Below are positions 10,370 through 19,131 of a DNA stretch of 61,380 bases, piece after piece (position 1 is the first letter of the stretch; each line of letters begins with the position of its first letter). This DNA is from a virus (lineage: Duplodnaviria; Caudoviricetes). Below the pieces are notes generated by a model. The model searched no databases, was not told where the DNA came from, and was given only the letters and a program-made list of their open reading frames with translations. The position numbers and the translations under genes were made by a program. The stretch is from positions 1-61,380 of IMG/VR virus record IMGVR_UViG_3300025138_000041; one strand, 5' to 3'.

Positions 10370-11099
10370 TTTTATTGTAAATGGTTTTCTAGATGGCACA
10401 GATTTCTTAAATAATAAAGAAAAGTTTGCTTCAAGACACGGTCCATCTTGGCCAAAAATTTCTAAGAGAAGTGCGCCTTACGGATTTGGCGATATGATAT
10501 GTCAAATAAGTAATTTAAATGCAATGTCAAAAGAATCTGCGACAATACTAACAGACAAACAAAACGTAGGTTTTCATGCTTTCAATAAATTAATTTATAA
10601 ATGTCAAGACAAATATCATTGGAATATCAATAAATCTAAATATGACCATCTAATATCCATATCGGATAATAATATAACTTTATCTGAATTGAGCGAATGT
10701 AAGTCTTTACACTATTATCCAGATTTTGAATATGTTAAACTAGACAAATCAAAATTTATTAGACCTGATAACTTTGATGATAACGTAGAATATGCGACGA
10801 TGCAAACTATAGGTTCTGGAAGATTTCCTTTCATGTATGATAAAATGGAGAATGAAAAACTTTTTAAAAAGTATAATATAAAATTAATAGATGTTGGTAA
10901 TAAGGAAAGTTGGGGTCTACCTAAGCTTGCGTGGGTAATAGATAATGCAAAATTTCATTTGGGAATAGATAGTGGAATGACACATTTTGCATTAACTATA
11001 AAGAATAAAAATGACGTAAAAATATTTTTAGATAAAGATAGAATTACAGGAGTTGGATATAGATGGATAAATCAAAAATATAACGTGAGTAAAATATGA
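10359..11099 (+). CDS. GT9-like glycosyltransferase
   Basis: GFGD...FHLGIDSGMTHFA. Confidence 0.55.
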   Translation: MENDFIVNGFLDGTDFLNNKEKFASRHGPSWPKISKRSAPYGFGDMICQISNLNAMSKESATILTDKQNVGFHAFNKLIYKCQDKYHWNINKSKYDHLISISDNNITLSELSECKSLHYYPDFEYVKLDKSKFIRPDNFDDNVEYATMQTIGSGRFPFMYDKMENEKLFKKYNIKLIDVGNKESWGLPKLAWVIDNAKFHLGIDSGMTHFALTIKNKNDVKIFLDKDRITGVGYRWINQKYNVSKI

Positions 11100-11725
11100 A
11101 AATTGAAATATCCGCAAGAGGTAGAGGTAATTGGAATGATTGGAAACTAGGAGATTCCATATTAGTCTGTTCTGTATTCGCACACATTTCTGACACTATA
11201 GATTTATATACAATGTATCCAGAATCTAAAGGTATAAAGTTAATTGAAAATCTGAGTCATAAAGTTTATAATGATAAGTATGAATTAAATATAAAGAGTG
11301 AAAAATCTTCTTTAGCTACTCATATATATCCAGATCAATTCTATTTGGAAAATAACGTAAATACGGTAAAATACTTTCATAATAATGAGAAAGAAAATTA
11401 TACAACAATTCAATTAAATTCAAAATCTTCCGATAGATGCGTAAATTTAACAGACACTTTCAAAAAGAAATATATGGAAGAAAAAACTATCGAATTAAGT
11501 AATGCACATAATCAATATACTGATATAAAAGATTTATTCGATGTTGTAAGTAAAGCTAAAAATCATGTTGGCGCAGCATCAGGATTAACGTGGGTTGCAA
11601 TGTCGTGTGGTATACCAACAATCGCATTACTCAATCATAATTTCAGAATAGGAAGCAAATGGGATTATGCTATGGAGTGCATATATAGAAATAAGAATGT
11701 AACTGTAAAGGACCTAGTTTCTTAA
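11096..11725 (+). CDS. GT9-like glycosyltransferase
   Basis: LGDSI...HVGAASGLTWVAMSCGIPT. Confidence 0.55.
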   Translation: MKIEISARGRGNWNDWKLGDSILVCSVFAHISDTIDLYTMYPESKGIKLIENLSHKVYNDKYELNIKSEKSSLATHIYPDQFYLENNVNTVKYFHNNEKENYTTIQLNSKSSDRCVNLTDTFKKKYMEEKTIELSNAHNQYTDIKDLFDVVSKAKNHVGAASGLTWVAMSCGIPTIALLNHNFRIGSKWDYAMECIYRNKNVTVKDLVS

Positions 11726-12133
11726 ATGAAAAGAATAGTTATTAATGGAGCTTATGATATGCTTCATATAGGACATATCGATCTAATTAATTATGCAAAA
11801 TCTCTAGGAGATTACTTATTAGTTGCACTTGACACAGATGAAAGAATAGCATATAATAAAGGTAAAGATAGACCTGTAAATAACTTAAAGACTAGAATGA
11901 CTATAATTAGAAATTTAAAATCTGTAGATGAGGTTCAGTGTTTTGGAAGTGATGCAGAATTAATTAATTTATTTAAAACATTTAAACCTGATGTGAGAGT
12001 AATAGGATCAGATTGGCAAGGTAAGATTATTGTGGGAAGTGAATACAGTGGAGAAATAATTTTTTATGAAAGAAAAGACGAAAATTCAACCACCAAAACT
12101 TTGGAAAATTATGTTAATAGGAGACGCATGTGA
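11726..12133 (+). CDS. heptose-1-phosphate adenylyltransferase / cytidylyltransferase family (HldE domain II-like)
   Basis: NGAYDMLHIGH, KGKDRPVN, GSDW, STT. Confidence 0.85.
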   Translation: MKRIVINGAYDMLHIGHIDLINYAKSLGDYLLVALDTDERIAYNKGKDRPVNNLKTRMTIIRNLKSVDEVQCFGSDAELINLFKTFKPDVRVIGSDWQGKIIVGSEYSGEIIFYERKDENSTTKTLENYVNRRRM

Positions 12134-12854
12134 TGATATTTATCATTACGGTCAAATTAATAGAATAAGTCCAGAAGCACCAGTTCCAATATTTGACGAA
12201 TTGCGTACAGAAACAAAACAAGGTATGACGCATAATGTACTAAAGAATATGCAAAATCTTGGCCTCAATCCAAATTCTATGACTAAACTATGCGATGAAA
12301 AGCATAGGTATATTGATGAGAAATCTATGCAGCAAGTTATGAGAGTTGATATTCGTGTTGGACAAGACATTGATATTCCTAATGTCGCTATTGGAACTAT
12401 AGATTTTGAAAATTATGATATGGTCGTTATCTCAGATTACAATAAAGGTTTTATATCATATGAAATGATTGAATCTATACGCGACAGGTGCGAGTGTCCT
12501 ATTTTTGTGGACACGAAGAAAAATAATCTTTCAAGACTTGAGGGTTGTATTCTAAAAATTAATGACAATGAATATTCAAAACTTATTAGCAAATGTTCAG
12601 ATATGATAGTTACTTATGGTGGTAAAAAGGTGGTTTGGAATGATGAAGTATATTATCCTCCAAAAGTAAATGTGCATGATGTTTGCGGTGCAGGAGATAC
12701 TTTCTTAGCTGCTCTATGTTATGGGTACACTATATATCAATGTATTCCAGATTCTATAGAATTTGCAATGAAAGCTGCAGCGGAATCAGTAAAACATTTT
12801 GGAGTCTATGCTCCTACATTAAAGGAAATAGAAAATGGATCAGCAAGTATTTGA
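12066..12854 (+). CDS. PfkB-family sugar kinase (HldE domain I-like heptose-7-phosphate kinase)
   Basis: LIGD..D.Y..G...RISPEAPVP, ISDYNKG, DVCGAGDTF. Confidence 0.85.
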   Translation: MKEKTKIQPPKLWKIMLIGDACDDIYHYGQINRISPEAPVPIFDELRTETKQGMTHNVLKNMQNLGLNPNSMTKLCDEKHRYIDEKSMQQVMRVDIRVGQDIDIPNVAIGTIDFENYDMVVISDYNKGFISYEMIESIRDRCECPIFVDTKKNNLSRLEGCILKINDNEYSKLISKCSDMIVTYGGKKVVWNDEVYYPPKVNVHDVCGAGDTFLAALCYGYTIYQCIPDSIEFAMKAAAESVKHFGVYAPTLKEIENGSASI

Positions 12855-13035
12855 AGGAGTTATAGGTGAAAAAAAAGCGATTGTTCACGCAAACGATAAT
12901 AATGCTGAATCTTTTTACTACATAAATGGTGAGAAAGTAGGCGGCAAAAAATATAATAATTGGACGCTAGATACAGGCTCTCGCCGACCTGCAATATCAG
13001 AAACTTTAGATTGGTTGGATAACTGTAAACATTAA
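12835..13035 (+). CDS. hypothetical protein
   Basis: AAGGA RBS, in operon. Confidence 0.5.
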   Translation: MDQQVFEGVIGEKKAIVHANDNNAESFYYINGEKVGGKKYNNWTLDTGSRRPAISETLDWLDNCKH

Positions 13036-13054
13036 AACAGAAAGAAAATATTTT

Positions 13055-13651
13055 ATGAGAGAAGGTAATTATGATCGATTTGAATGTGTAGAAACATTGC
13101 GTGATTTTATTTTAAATGAAGAAATATATACCGCAACGGATTTCGGAATACATGATACTGCAAGATATAAACATTTGATCGAATTGGGAAACCAAGTAGA
13201 AACTGTATCTGAATTAGGTGTTTGGCAAGGCAGAACAATGGCACTTTTTATGGGACAAAATATAAAAAAAATTTATGGCGTTGATCTTGATTTGTCAAGA
13301 TTTAATAAAAAGCTTAGACGAATATTTCAGGAATATGCTAAAAAAAATAACATACAATGGGAATTAATAGAATCTACCTCAACATCTGCAAATGCTATAC
13401 GAGAAGTTGAATTACTTCATATAGATAGTTTACACACACCAACTCACTTGCAAGCCGAATTAGATTTACATTCAAAATTCGTATCTAAATATATCACGTT
13501 TCACGATACTAAGTTGGGAAATCCTTTCAATGGTACGCAATTTCAACTGTGGAGAGTTATCGAAAAATTTTTAAATGATAATAAAGATTGGCGATTATAT
13601 GAACACTATATGCTAGGAAAATGCGGACATGCAACCATAAAGAGGAAATAA
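13055..13651 (+). CDS. class I SAM methyltransferase (Methyltransf_24-like)
   Basis: ELGV..G, LLHIDSLH, FHDT. Confidence 0.75.
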   Translation: MREGNYDRFECVETLRDFILNEEIYTATDFGIHDTARYKHLIELGNQVETVSELGVWQGRTMALFMGQNIKKIYGVDLDLSRFNKKLRRIFQEYAKKNNIQWELIESTSTSANAIREVELLHIDSLHTPTHLQAELDLHSKFVSKYITFHDTKLGNPFNGTQFQLWRVIEKFLNDNKDWRLYEHYMLGKCGHATIKRK

Positions 13652-13652
13652 A

Positions 13653-14012
13653 ATGAGACTTAAAGGTAAAGTTGAAAAAGGTTGGGGACACGAAACGATC
13701 TTTGCTACAAATGATTTGTATTGTGGAAAACTTCTAGTATTTGAAAAAGCTAATTCTCAGTTCTCCATGCATTTTCATTCAGAAAAAGATGAAACTTGGT
13801 ATATACATTCTGGTATTTTTAACGTTGATTGGATAGACACTAAAGACGCATCAGAACACACTCAAGCTTTAAAAGAAGGAGATACTTGGAGAAATACACC
13901 ACTATTTCCTCACAGATTAACATGTATAAAACCAGGAACTATTATTGAAGTTTCTACGCCAGACTCTGTTGAAGATAACTATAGAATTAGTAAGGGCGAT
14001 AGTCAAAAATGA
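13653..14012 (+). CDS. cupin-fold sugar isomerase-like protein
   Basis: KGWGHE, SMHFHxxKDETW, PH, EVSTPDSVEDNYR. Confidence 0.75.
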   Translation: MRLKGKVEKGWGHETIFATNDLYCGKLLVFEKANSQFSMHFHSEKDETWYIHSGIFNVDWIDTKDASEHTQALKEGDTWRNTPLFPHRLTCIKPGTIIEVSTPDSVEDNYRISKGDSQK

Positions 14013-14947
14013 AAATATTCATCACAGGTATAGCAGGATTCATAGGTTATCATCTTGCAAGAAAGCTTTTTTCTCAAGGCCACCATGTACTAGGTATTGA
14101 TAGTTATAATCATTATTATGATGTTTCTCTTAAAAGATCACGCACCGCAAAGCTAGAAGACCTAGGAATTGAAGTTTCTTATGGCGATTTAACATTAACT
14201 ACATTTAAATCTGATTGGTATAACAAGCTTAATAATGTTGATGCTGTTGTACATTTAGCAGCATATGCAGGAGTTAGATATTCATTAGAGTTTCCTAAGC
14301 TATACATTAACAATAACATAATTGGAACACAAAATCTTATTGAAGCGTGTGAGAATTGGAATGTTAATAAAGTGCTTTATGCTTCTACATCATCCGTGAT
14401 GAATGGTAATCCTGTTCCGTGGGATGAAAACACAAAGCTATATAATCAAAAGCATCCTTATGGATATTCTAAAGTCGTGAATGAATCTCAATTTCAAATG
14501 AGTAATATTAAAAATTCTATCGGTATGAGGTTCTTTACTGTTTATGGACCTTGGGGTAGACCAGATATGGCACTTTTCGATTTCACAAAGAATATTCTTG
14601 CTGGTAATGAGATTTCAGTATTTAATAATGGTGACATGGTACGTGACTTCACATATATTGACGATATTGTAATTGGAGTAACAATTTTATTAGAACAATC
14701 AGGAAAGAACATATATAATATTGGAAGAGGTGAAAAAGTTCAACTTATGGATTTTATCCACGAAATTGAAAAGAACTTAAATCAAAAAGCAAAAATAAAA
14801 ATGGCACCTATGCATCCAGCAGACGCGAAAGAAACTTGGAGTAATACAGATAAATTAAAAGCTTTAGGTTATAATCCCGAAGTTTCTATTGCTGAGGGCG
14901 TTGAAAACTTTGTAAACTGGTACAAAGATTATTATAAGGTAAATTAA
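14009..14947 (+). CDS. NAD-dependent epimerase, UDP-glucuronate 4-epimerase-like
   Basis: TGIAGFIG, HLAAYAGVRYS, YGYSK, RFFTVYGPWGRPDMA, RDFTYIDD. Confidence 0.9.
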   Translation: MKIFITGIAGFIGYHLARKLFSQGHHVLGIDSYNHYYDVSLKRSRTAKLEDLGIEVSYGDLTLTTFKSDWYNKLNNVDAVVHLAAYAGVRYSLEFPKLYINNNIIGTQNLIEACENWNVNKVLYASTSSVMNGNPVPWDENTKLYNQKHPYGYSKVVNESQFQMSNIKNSIGMRFFTVYGPWGRPDMALFDFTKNILAGNEISVFNNGDMVRDFTYIDDIVIGVTILLEQSGKNIYNIGRGEKVQLMDFIHEIEKNLNQKAKIKMAPMHPADAKETWSNTDKLKALGYNPEVSIAEGVENFVNWYKDYYKVN

Positions 14948-15643
14948 ATGAAATCATATGCGATAACTCTTAAAGGTAACAAAATCTCAGAACAAGGGTT
15001 TGATGCTCTTTGGCTCAGTTCAAAGAAACTTGGCAATGATTTTAATATCGAAAAGTTTGAAGCGACCGATCACATAAAAGTGGGCGCTGAAATGATGCAT
15101 TGGGATCTATTTTGGAATTACCCATGGGAAGGCAAAGTTACAGACTTAGCTACGGGTTTAATAAAGAGCGCATATCCAACAGCGGTAAAGACTAAACGCA
15201 TGGCTGCAGCCGTGTCACATTTTAGGCTATGGACTGAATGTTTTGAAAAGAAAGAGCCGATACTAATTCTAGAACATGATGCAATTTTTAGAAAAAAGTT
15301 AGATTACCAGCTGCTATTAGATTCAAAATATGATATAATAGGTATTAATGAGCCGAGAGGGGCAACAAGAAAATCAGCAGAATTTCATAGATTAATTCAA
15401 AAGAACAAAAACGAAATACAATCTGTTCCATCTGTAGACGATTATAATATTCCTCAAGGTATTGCAGGAAACTCTGCATATATAATCAAGCCAGAAGCGG
15501 CAGAAAAACTAATATCGTTATGCTTCAATCATGGTCTATGGCCAAATGATGCTATAATGTGTAAGCAGTTAGTAGATAACTTAGGCGTCAGCCGAACGTA
15601 TTATACTAACATTCAAAGACTACAATCAACTACAACAACCTAG
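14948..15643 (+). CDS. GT25-like glycosyltransferase
   Basis: SHFRLW, ILILEHDA, GNSAYIIKP. Confidence 0.7.
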   Translation: MKSYAITLKGNKISEQGFDALWLSSKKLGNDFNIEKFEATDHIKVGAEMMHWDLFWNYPWEGKVTDLATGLIKSAYPTAVKTKRMAAAVSHFRLWTECFEKKEPILILEHDAIFRKKLDYQLLLDSKYDIIGINEPRGATRKSAEFHRLIQKNKNEIQSVPSVDDYNIPQGIAGNSAYIIKPEAAEKLISLCFNHGLWPNDAIMCKQLVDNLGVSRTYYTNIQRLQSTTTT

Positions 15644-15659
15644 AAAGGTCAATCTAAAA

Positions 15660-16718
15660 ATGAAAAAACTTTTAACAATCGTAGCAGCGGCTATGTTAGC
15701 GACAAGCGCATGGGCTGGGGATAAAGTTAAAGTAGGGTTCGTATATGTCGGACCAACTGGTGATCATGGCTGGACGTATCGCCATGACATTGGTAGACAA
15801 GATGTACAAGATCATTTTGGTGATCAAGTCGAAACATTTTTTGTAGAAAGTGTAAGTGAAGGACCAGATGCCGAGCGTGTAATCAACGCTATGGTCTTAC
15901 AGGGCGCAGACATTATTTTTACAACATCATTTGGATATATGGAAGCTACGTTAAAAATGGCTAACCGTTATCCACATGTTAAATTCGAACATGCTACTGG
16001 ATATAAGCAAGCAAAAAATATGTCAAGTTATGGCTTACGCTTATATCAAGCTAGACATGTTCAAGGCGTGATTGCTGGTTTAATGACTAAATCGAACAAG
16101 ATTTGTTATATTGGTGCATATCCAATTCCAGAAGTTATCCGTGAGATTAACACATATTTCATGGGTGCGCGTAGTATGAATCCAGACGTTGAAATGGATA
16201 TTGTATGGGTAAATACTTGGTATGATCCAGGAAAAGAGTCAGATGCAGCTAAAGTTCTAATGGCACAAGGTTGTGATATGGTTGCACAACATACTGATTC
16301 ACCTGCACCCATGCAGTCAGCAGAGCAACAGGGAAAGTTCGGTTTTGGACAAGCATCTGACCAAATTGCATTCGCGCCCAAAGCACAACTGACCGCAACT
16401 ATCGATAACTGGTCACCTTACTATATTCGTAAAGTGCAAGCAGTAATTGATGGTAATTGGGAAAGTGAGGACTATTTTGGACATATGAACGAAGGTGTTG
16501 TTATGATGGCACCATTTACAAATATGCCAGATGAAGTTCGTAGCATTGCGGCTGATATTATGCAACAGATTAGTGACGGTGAATATTTCGCTTTCACTGG
16601 ACCAATCAAAGATCAATCAGGCGAAATTCGTATTCAAGCTGGAAAGGTAGCTACAGACGGCGAGTTGAACAGCATGAATTATTACGTCGAAGGAATTACC
16701 GCAAGATTTCCAAATTAA
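15660..16718 (+). CDS. BMP/PnrA-family ABC transporter substrate-binding protein (purine/nucleoside)
   Basis: Signal peptide; KVGFVYVGP.GDHGWTY.HD.GR, TTSFGYM, HATGYK, QHTDSPA. Confidence 0.9.
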   Translation: MKKLLTIVAAAMLATSAWAGDKVKVGFVYVGPTGDHGWTYRHDIGRQDVQDHFGDQVETFFVESVSEGPDAERVINAMVLQGADIIFTTSFGYMEATLKMANRYPHVKFEHATGYKQAKNMSSYGLRLYQARHVQGVIAGLMTKSNKICYIGAYPIPEVIREINTYFMGARSMNPDVEMDIVWVNTWYDPGKESDAAKVLMAQGCDMVAQHTDSPAPMQSAEQQGKFGFGQASDQIAFAPKAQLTATIDNWSPYYIRKVQAVIDGNWESEDYFGHMNEGVVMMAPFTNMPDEVRSIAADIMQQISDGEYFAFTGPIKDQSGEIRIQAGKVATDGELNSMNYYVEGITARFPN

Positions 16719-16743
16719 TTTTTCAAATATTTTAAATTAAGTA

Positions 16744-16778
16744 TTGACACTAGTAGAATCATCTGCTAGTGTCTTTTT
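16744..16778 (+). promoter_or_regulatory. early promoter overlapping an intrinsic terminator
   Basis: TTGACA-N17-TAGTGT; 12-bp inverted repeat gacactagtaga/tctgctagtgtc followed by T5. Confidence 0.65.
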
Positions 16779-16806
16779 GTATCAAGAGAGAAAGAGAGAA
16801 ATCGAA

Positions 16807-17013
16807 ATGTTTGAAGTTGGAATGGGATTTATAAGAAAGTACGCCACAGAAGTTGCTGTAGGAGAGATTACATCAATCCATCAAGATGCTGACGGCGAAA
16901 CTCTAATAGATGTTATGTTTGAAGATGGTGCGACAAAAGTTTATACTGAGAACTGCGTGATGCAAAATCTGGGACGGCGCATGATTGTTACTGAAACTTC
17001 TTTTGCCAAATAA
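16807..17013 (+). CDS. hypothetical early protein (start reassigned to ATG 16807)
   Basis: Track start lies in the promoter; purine-rich leader precedes this ATG. Confidence 0.6.
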   Translation: MFEVGMGFIRKYATEVAVGEITSIHQDADGETLIDVMFEDGATKVYTENCVMQNLGRRMIVTETSFAK

Positions 17014-17027
17014 TAGGGAATCTTATA

Positions 17028-17234
17028 ATGCAATTTGTAAAAACTGTGAAAGAATATGCTTTAAATAATTATGAGCAAGATGGTTGGGATATTCTCATTG
17101 AATGTTATGCCGACGATGAAATCCAAGAAGTTATTGGCAATGCTAATAATTCTAATGAAGCAATATCTAAAGTTAAAAATCATTTAAAGCCACAAAACGA
17201 CTATCGAAGTGAAATAATGTCTGAGGCCTTCTAA
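17028..17234 (+). CDS. hypothetical protein
   Basis: AGGGA RBS. Confidence 0.6.
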   Translation: MQFVKTVKEYALNNYEQDGWDILIECYADDEIQEVIGNANNSNEAISKVKNHLKPQNDYRSEIMSEAF

Positions 17235-17272
17235 TTTCAAGAATAACTTTGCTAAATACATCTAATGAGTTT

Positions 17273-17296
17273 AGGAGCCTTAGGGCTCCTTTTTTT
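17273..17296 (+). terminator. intrinsic terminator
   Basis: aggagcc-ttag-ggctcct followed by T run. Confidence 0.8.
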
Positions 17297-17313
17297 GAGG
17301 AGAAAAAAAGAGA

Positions 17314-18132
17314 ATGACGCAACTAATAAACCCACGTAAATTTACTAACGCAGTGTCCCTATTGAGGGACTTTTTTTTGACTAAAGGCTTTGAGGAAGTA
17401 CATACGCAAAATAGATTGAGTATCTTAGCCGCTTGTGAAGATCCTGAAAACGTAGCAAGTTATAATTATGAAGGCCAAGTTTGGCCATTACCTCAAACTG
17501 GTCAGATGTGGCTAGAACATGAATTACTTACCAGCCCCGATTCAAAGGGGTTTTTTTGTGTCTCAACGTCATATCGACAAGAGCCTAACGCAATTCCTGG
17601 TCGTCACGATACGATCTTTCCAATGTTTGAATTTGAAATGCCTGGTGACATTAATGATTTGAAACGTATGGAATATGAACTTTGTGATTTTTTAGGTTTC
17701 GGTACTATCACAGAAAAAACATATAATGAATGGCAGCAACATTATGGAGTAAGTGCTAGAACAGAACTAGATGCACAACACGAATTAGCAATGCAAGCAT
17801 CATTTGGTCCTTGTATGATTACAGACTTTCCAGAAATGACGAGTCCGTTTTGGAATATGAGTCGTAACGAAGATGGTACTAGCCGAAAGATTGATGTTAT
17901 TCTTGGTGGTATGGAAACAATTGGTAGTGCCGAACGAAGTATTGATAAAGAACAGATGAGAGATACATTTCATACAATTTCTGATGGAGAGTACGCAGGA
18001 CTTATTAAGAGTTTATTCGGAGATGATAGAGTTGAAGCGGAACTTGAAAAGTTTCTTGAATTTGATTTCTTTCCAAGAGTTGGCGGCGGTATCGGGATGA
18101 CAAGAATGATTGCAGCCCTAGACAAACTGTAA
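17314..18132 (+). CDS. class IIb (AsnRS/AspRS-like) aminoacyl-tRNA synthetase catalytic core lacking the N-terminal anticodon-binding domain
   Basis: Motif 1 RDFF..KGF.EV.T, LPQTGQMWLE, motif 2 SYRQEP..RH..FPMFEFEM, ETIGSAER, motif 3 GGGIGMTRM; only 272 aa. Confidence 0.85.
   Translation: MTQLINPRKFTNAVSLLRDFFLTKGFEEVHTQNRLSILAACEDPENVASYNYEGQVWPLPQTGQMWLEHELLTSPDSKGFFCVSTSYRQEPNAIPGRHDTIFPMFEFEMPGDINDLKRMEYELCDFLGFGTITEKTYNEWQQHYGVSARTELDAQHELAMQASFGPCMITDFPEMTSPFWNMSRNEDGTSRKIDVILGGMETIGSAERSIDKEQMRDTFHTISDGEYAGLIKSLFGDDRVEAELEKFLEFDFFPRVGGGIGMTRMIAALDKL
17355..17378 (+). terminator. intragenic terminator-like hairpin in the AsnRS-like gene
   Basis: gtccct-attg-agggac followed by T8. Confidence 0.6.
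17534..17557 (+). terminator. second, weaker intragenic terminator-like hairpin
   Basis: gcccc-gattcaaa-ggggt followed by T run. Confidence 0.4.
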
Positions 18133-18137
18133 ACTAA

Positions 18138-18244
18138 TCTGGGGTGGTGGAATTGGTAGACACGCGGTACTGTTTATACCGTGAATATATACTAGCGTAA
18201 ATGTATATTTATTCATGCAGGTTCGACTCCTGCCCCCAGAGCCA
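18138..18244 (+). tRNA. non-canonical tRNA-Asn(GUU) with class II-type D arm and 35-nt variable arm
   Basis: Acceptor tctgggg/ccccaga + G + CCA; anticodon arm cggta-ctGTTta-taccg; T arm gcagg-ttcgact-cctgc; variable region 18182-18216 forms a hairpin. Confidence 0.85.
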
Positions 18245-18256
18245 AAGGAAATAATA

Positions 18257-19120
18257 ATGATACCTATAATTGATTTTAATTCACCATACGCAAATCAACA
18301 TATTGAAGATGCCTATACATCTGTAGGTTTTGCCGTGTTTACTAATTGTTTGACAAAAACTGAAAACTCTGATATGATTAGTTGGTTTAGTGAAATGAAA
18401 GCATTTTTTAATTTACCTGATGAAATAAAGAAAAAGTATCCATATGAAGGAGACACTAATCTAGGCTATAGTATGGTAGGAGATGAAAATGTTGATCCTA
18501 CTGCACCGAAAGATATTAAAGAAAGTTTTAATTACAATAACACAAGAATGAGTGAATATCTCTGGCCAAGAGAATTGCCAGGATTTAAAACAACTGCAAT
18601 GCAGAGCATTGATGTAGCTGATAAACTCACACTTAGAATATTGAGCAGATTTGATGAAATTTTAAAATGTGGATCTACACTTGTAGATGCTCATATGCAG
18701 CCATTTAATACTACAAGGGTTATTCATTATCCCGCATATGAAGGAGAAATAACAGACCGACAAATGAGAATTGGTGAACATAGTGACTACGGAACCATTA
18801 CACTACTTTGGCAAATAAACGATGTTCCAGGATTGCAAGTACAAGATTTAAAAGGCGAATGGCATCCAGTGCCATATAATGTCGATGGTGTAGTTGTGAA
18901 TATTGGTGATCTACTTCAGAGATGGACAAATGATTACTTTAAAAGCACAAAACATAGAGTAGTTAATTCACATATACATAAAACTAGATTCAGTATGCCA
19001 CATTTTGTTGATCCTACTCCGGGTACTATAGTAGATAATTTACGTTTTCATGAAGCTTCTAAGTATCCGCCTATTGAGAGTAAAGAATATTTGATGTGGA
19101 GACTAGCACAAAGTTATTAA
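18257..19120 (+). CDS. 2OG-Fe(II) dioxygenase, isopenicillin-N-synthase family (start reassigned)
   Basis: IPIIDF start, HSDYGTITLL, VVNIGDLLQRWTND..KST.HRV, RFS; AAGGA RBS. Confidence 0.9.
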   Translation: MIPIIDFNSPYANQHIEDAYTSVGFAVFTNCLTKTENSDMISWFSEMKAFFNLPDEIKKKYPYEGDTNLGYSMVGDENVDPTAPKDIKESFNYNNTRMSEYLWPRELPGFKTTAMQSIDVADKLTLRILSRFDEILKCGSTLVDAHMQPFNTTRVIHYPAYEGEITDRQMRIGEHSDYGTITLLWQINDVPGLQVQDLKGEWHPVPYNVDGVVVNIGDLLQRWTNDYFKSTKHRVVNSHIHKTRFSMPHFVDPTPGTIVDNLRFHEASKYPPIESKEYLMWRLAQSY

Positions 19121-19131
19121 GGTTATACATT

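Noticed and set aside
18138-18244. tRNA-Leu/Ser, suppressor, or intron-containing tRNA
   Set aside because: The 5-bp stem fixes a 7-nt loop with GUU central, and the extra sequence lies in the variable arm rather than the anticodon loop
18215-18256. Track start of the 301-aa oxygenase ORF
   Set aside because: Lies inside the tRNA T arm; ATG 18257 has an RBS and the family-typical IPIID start
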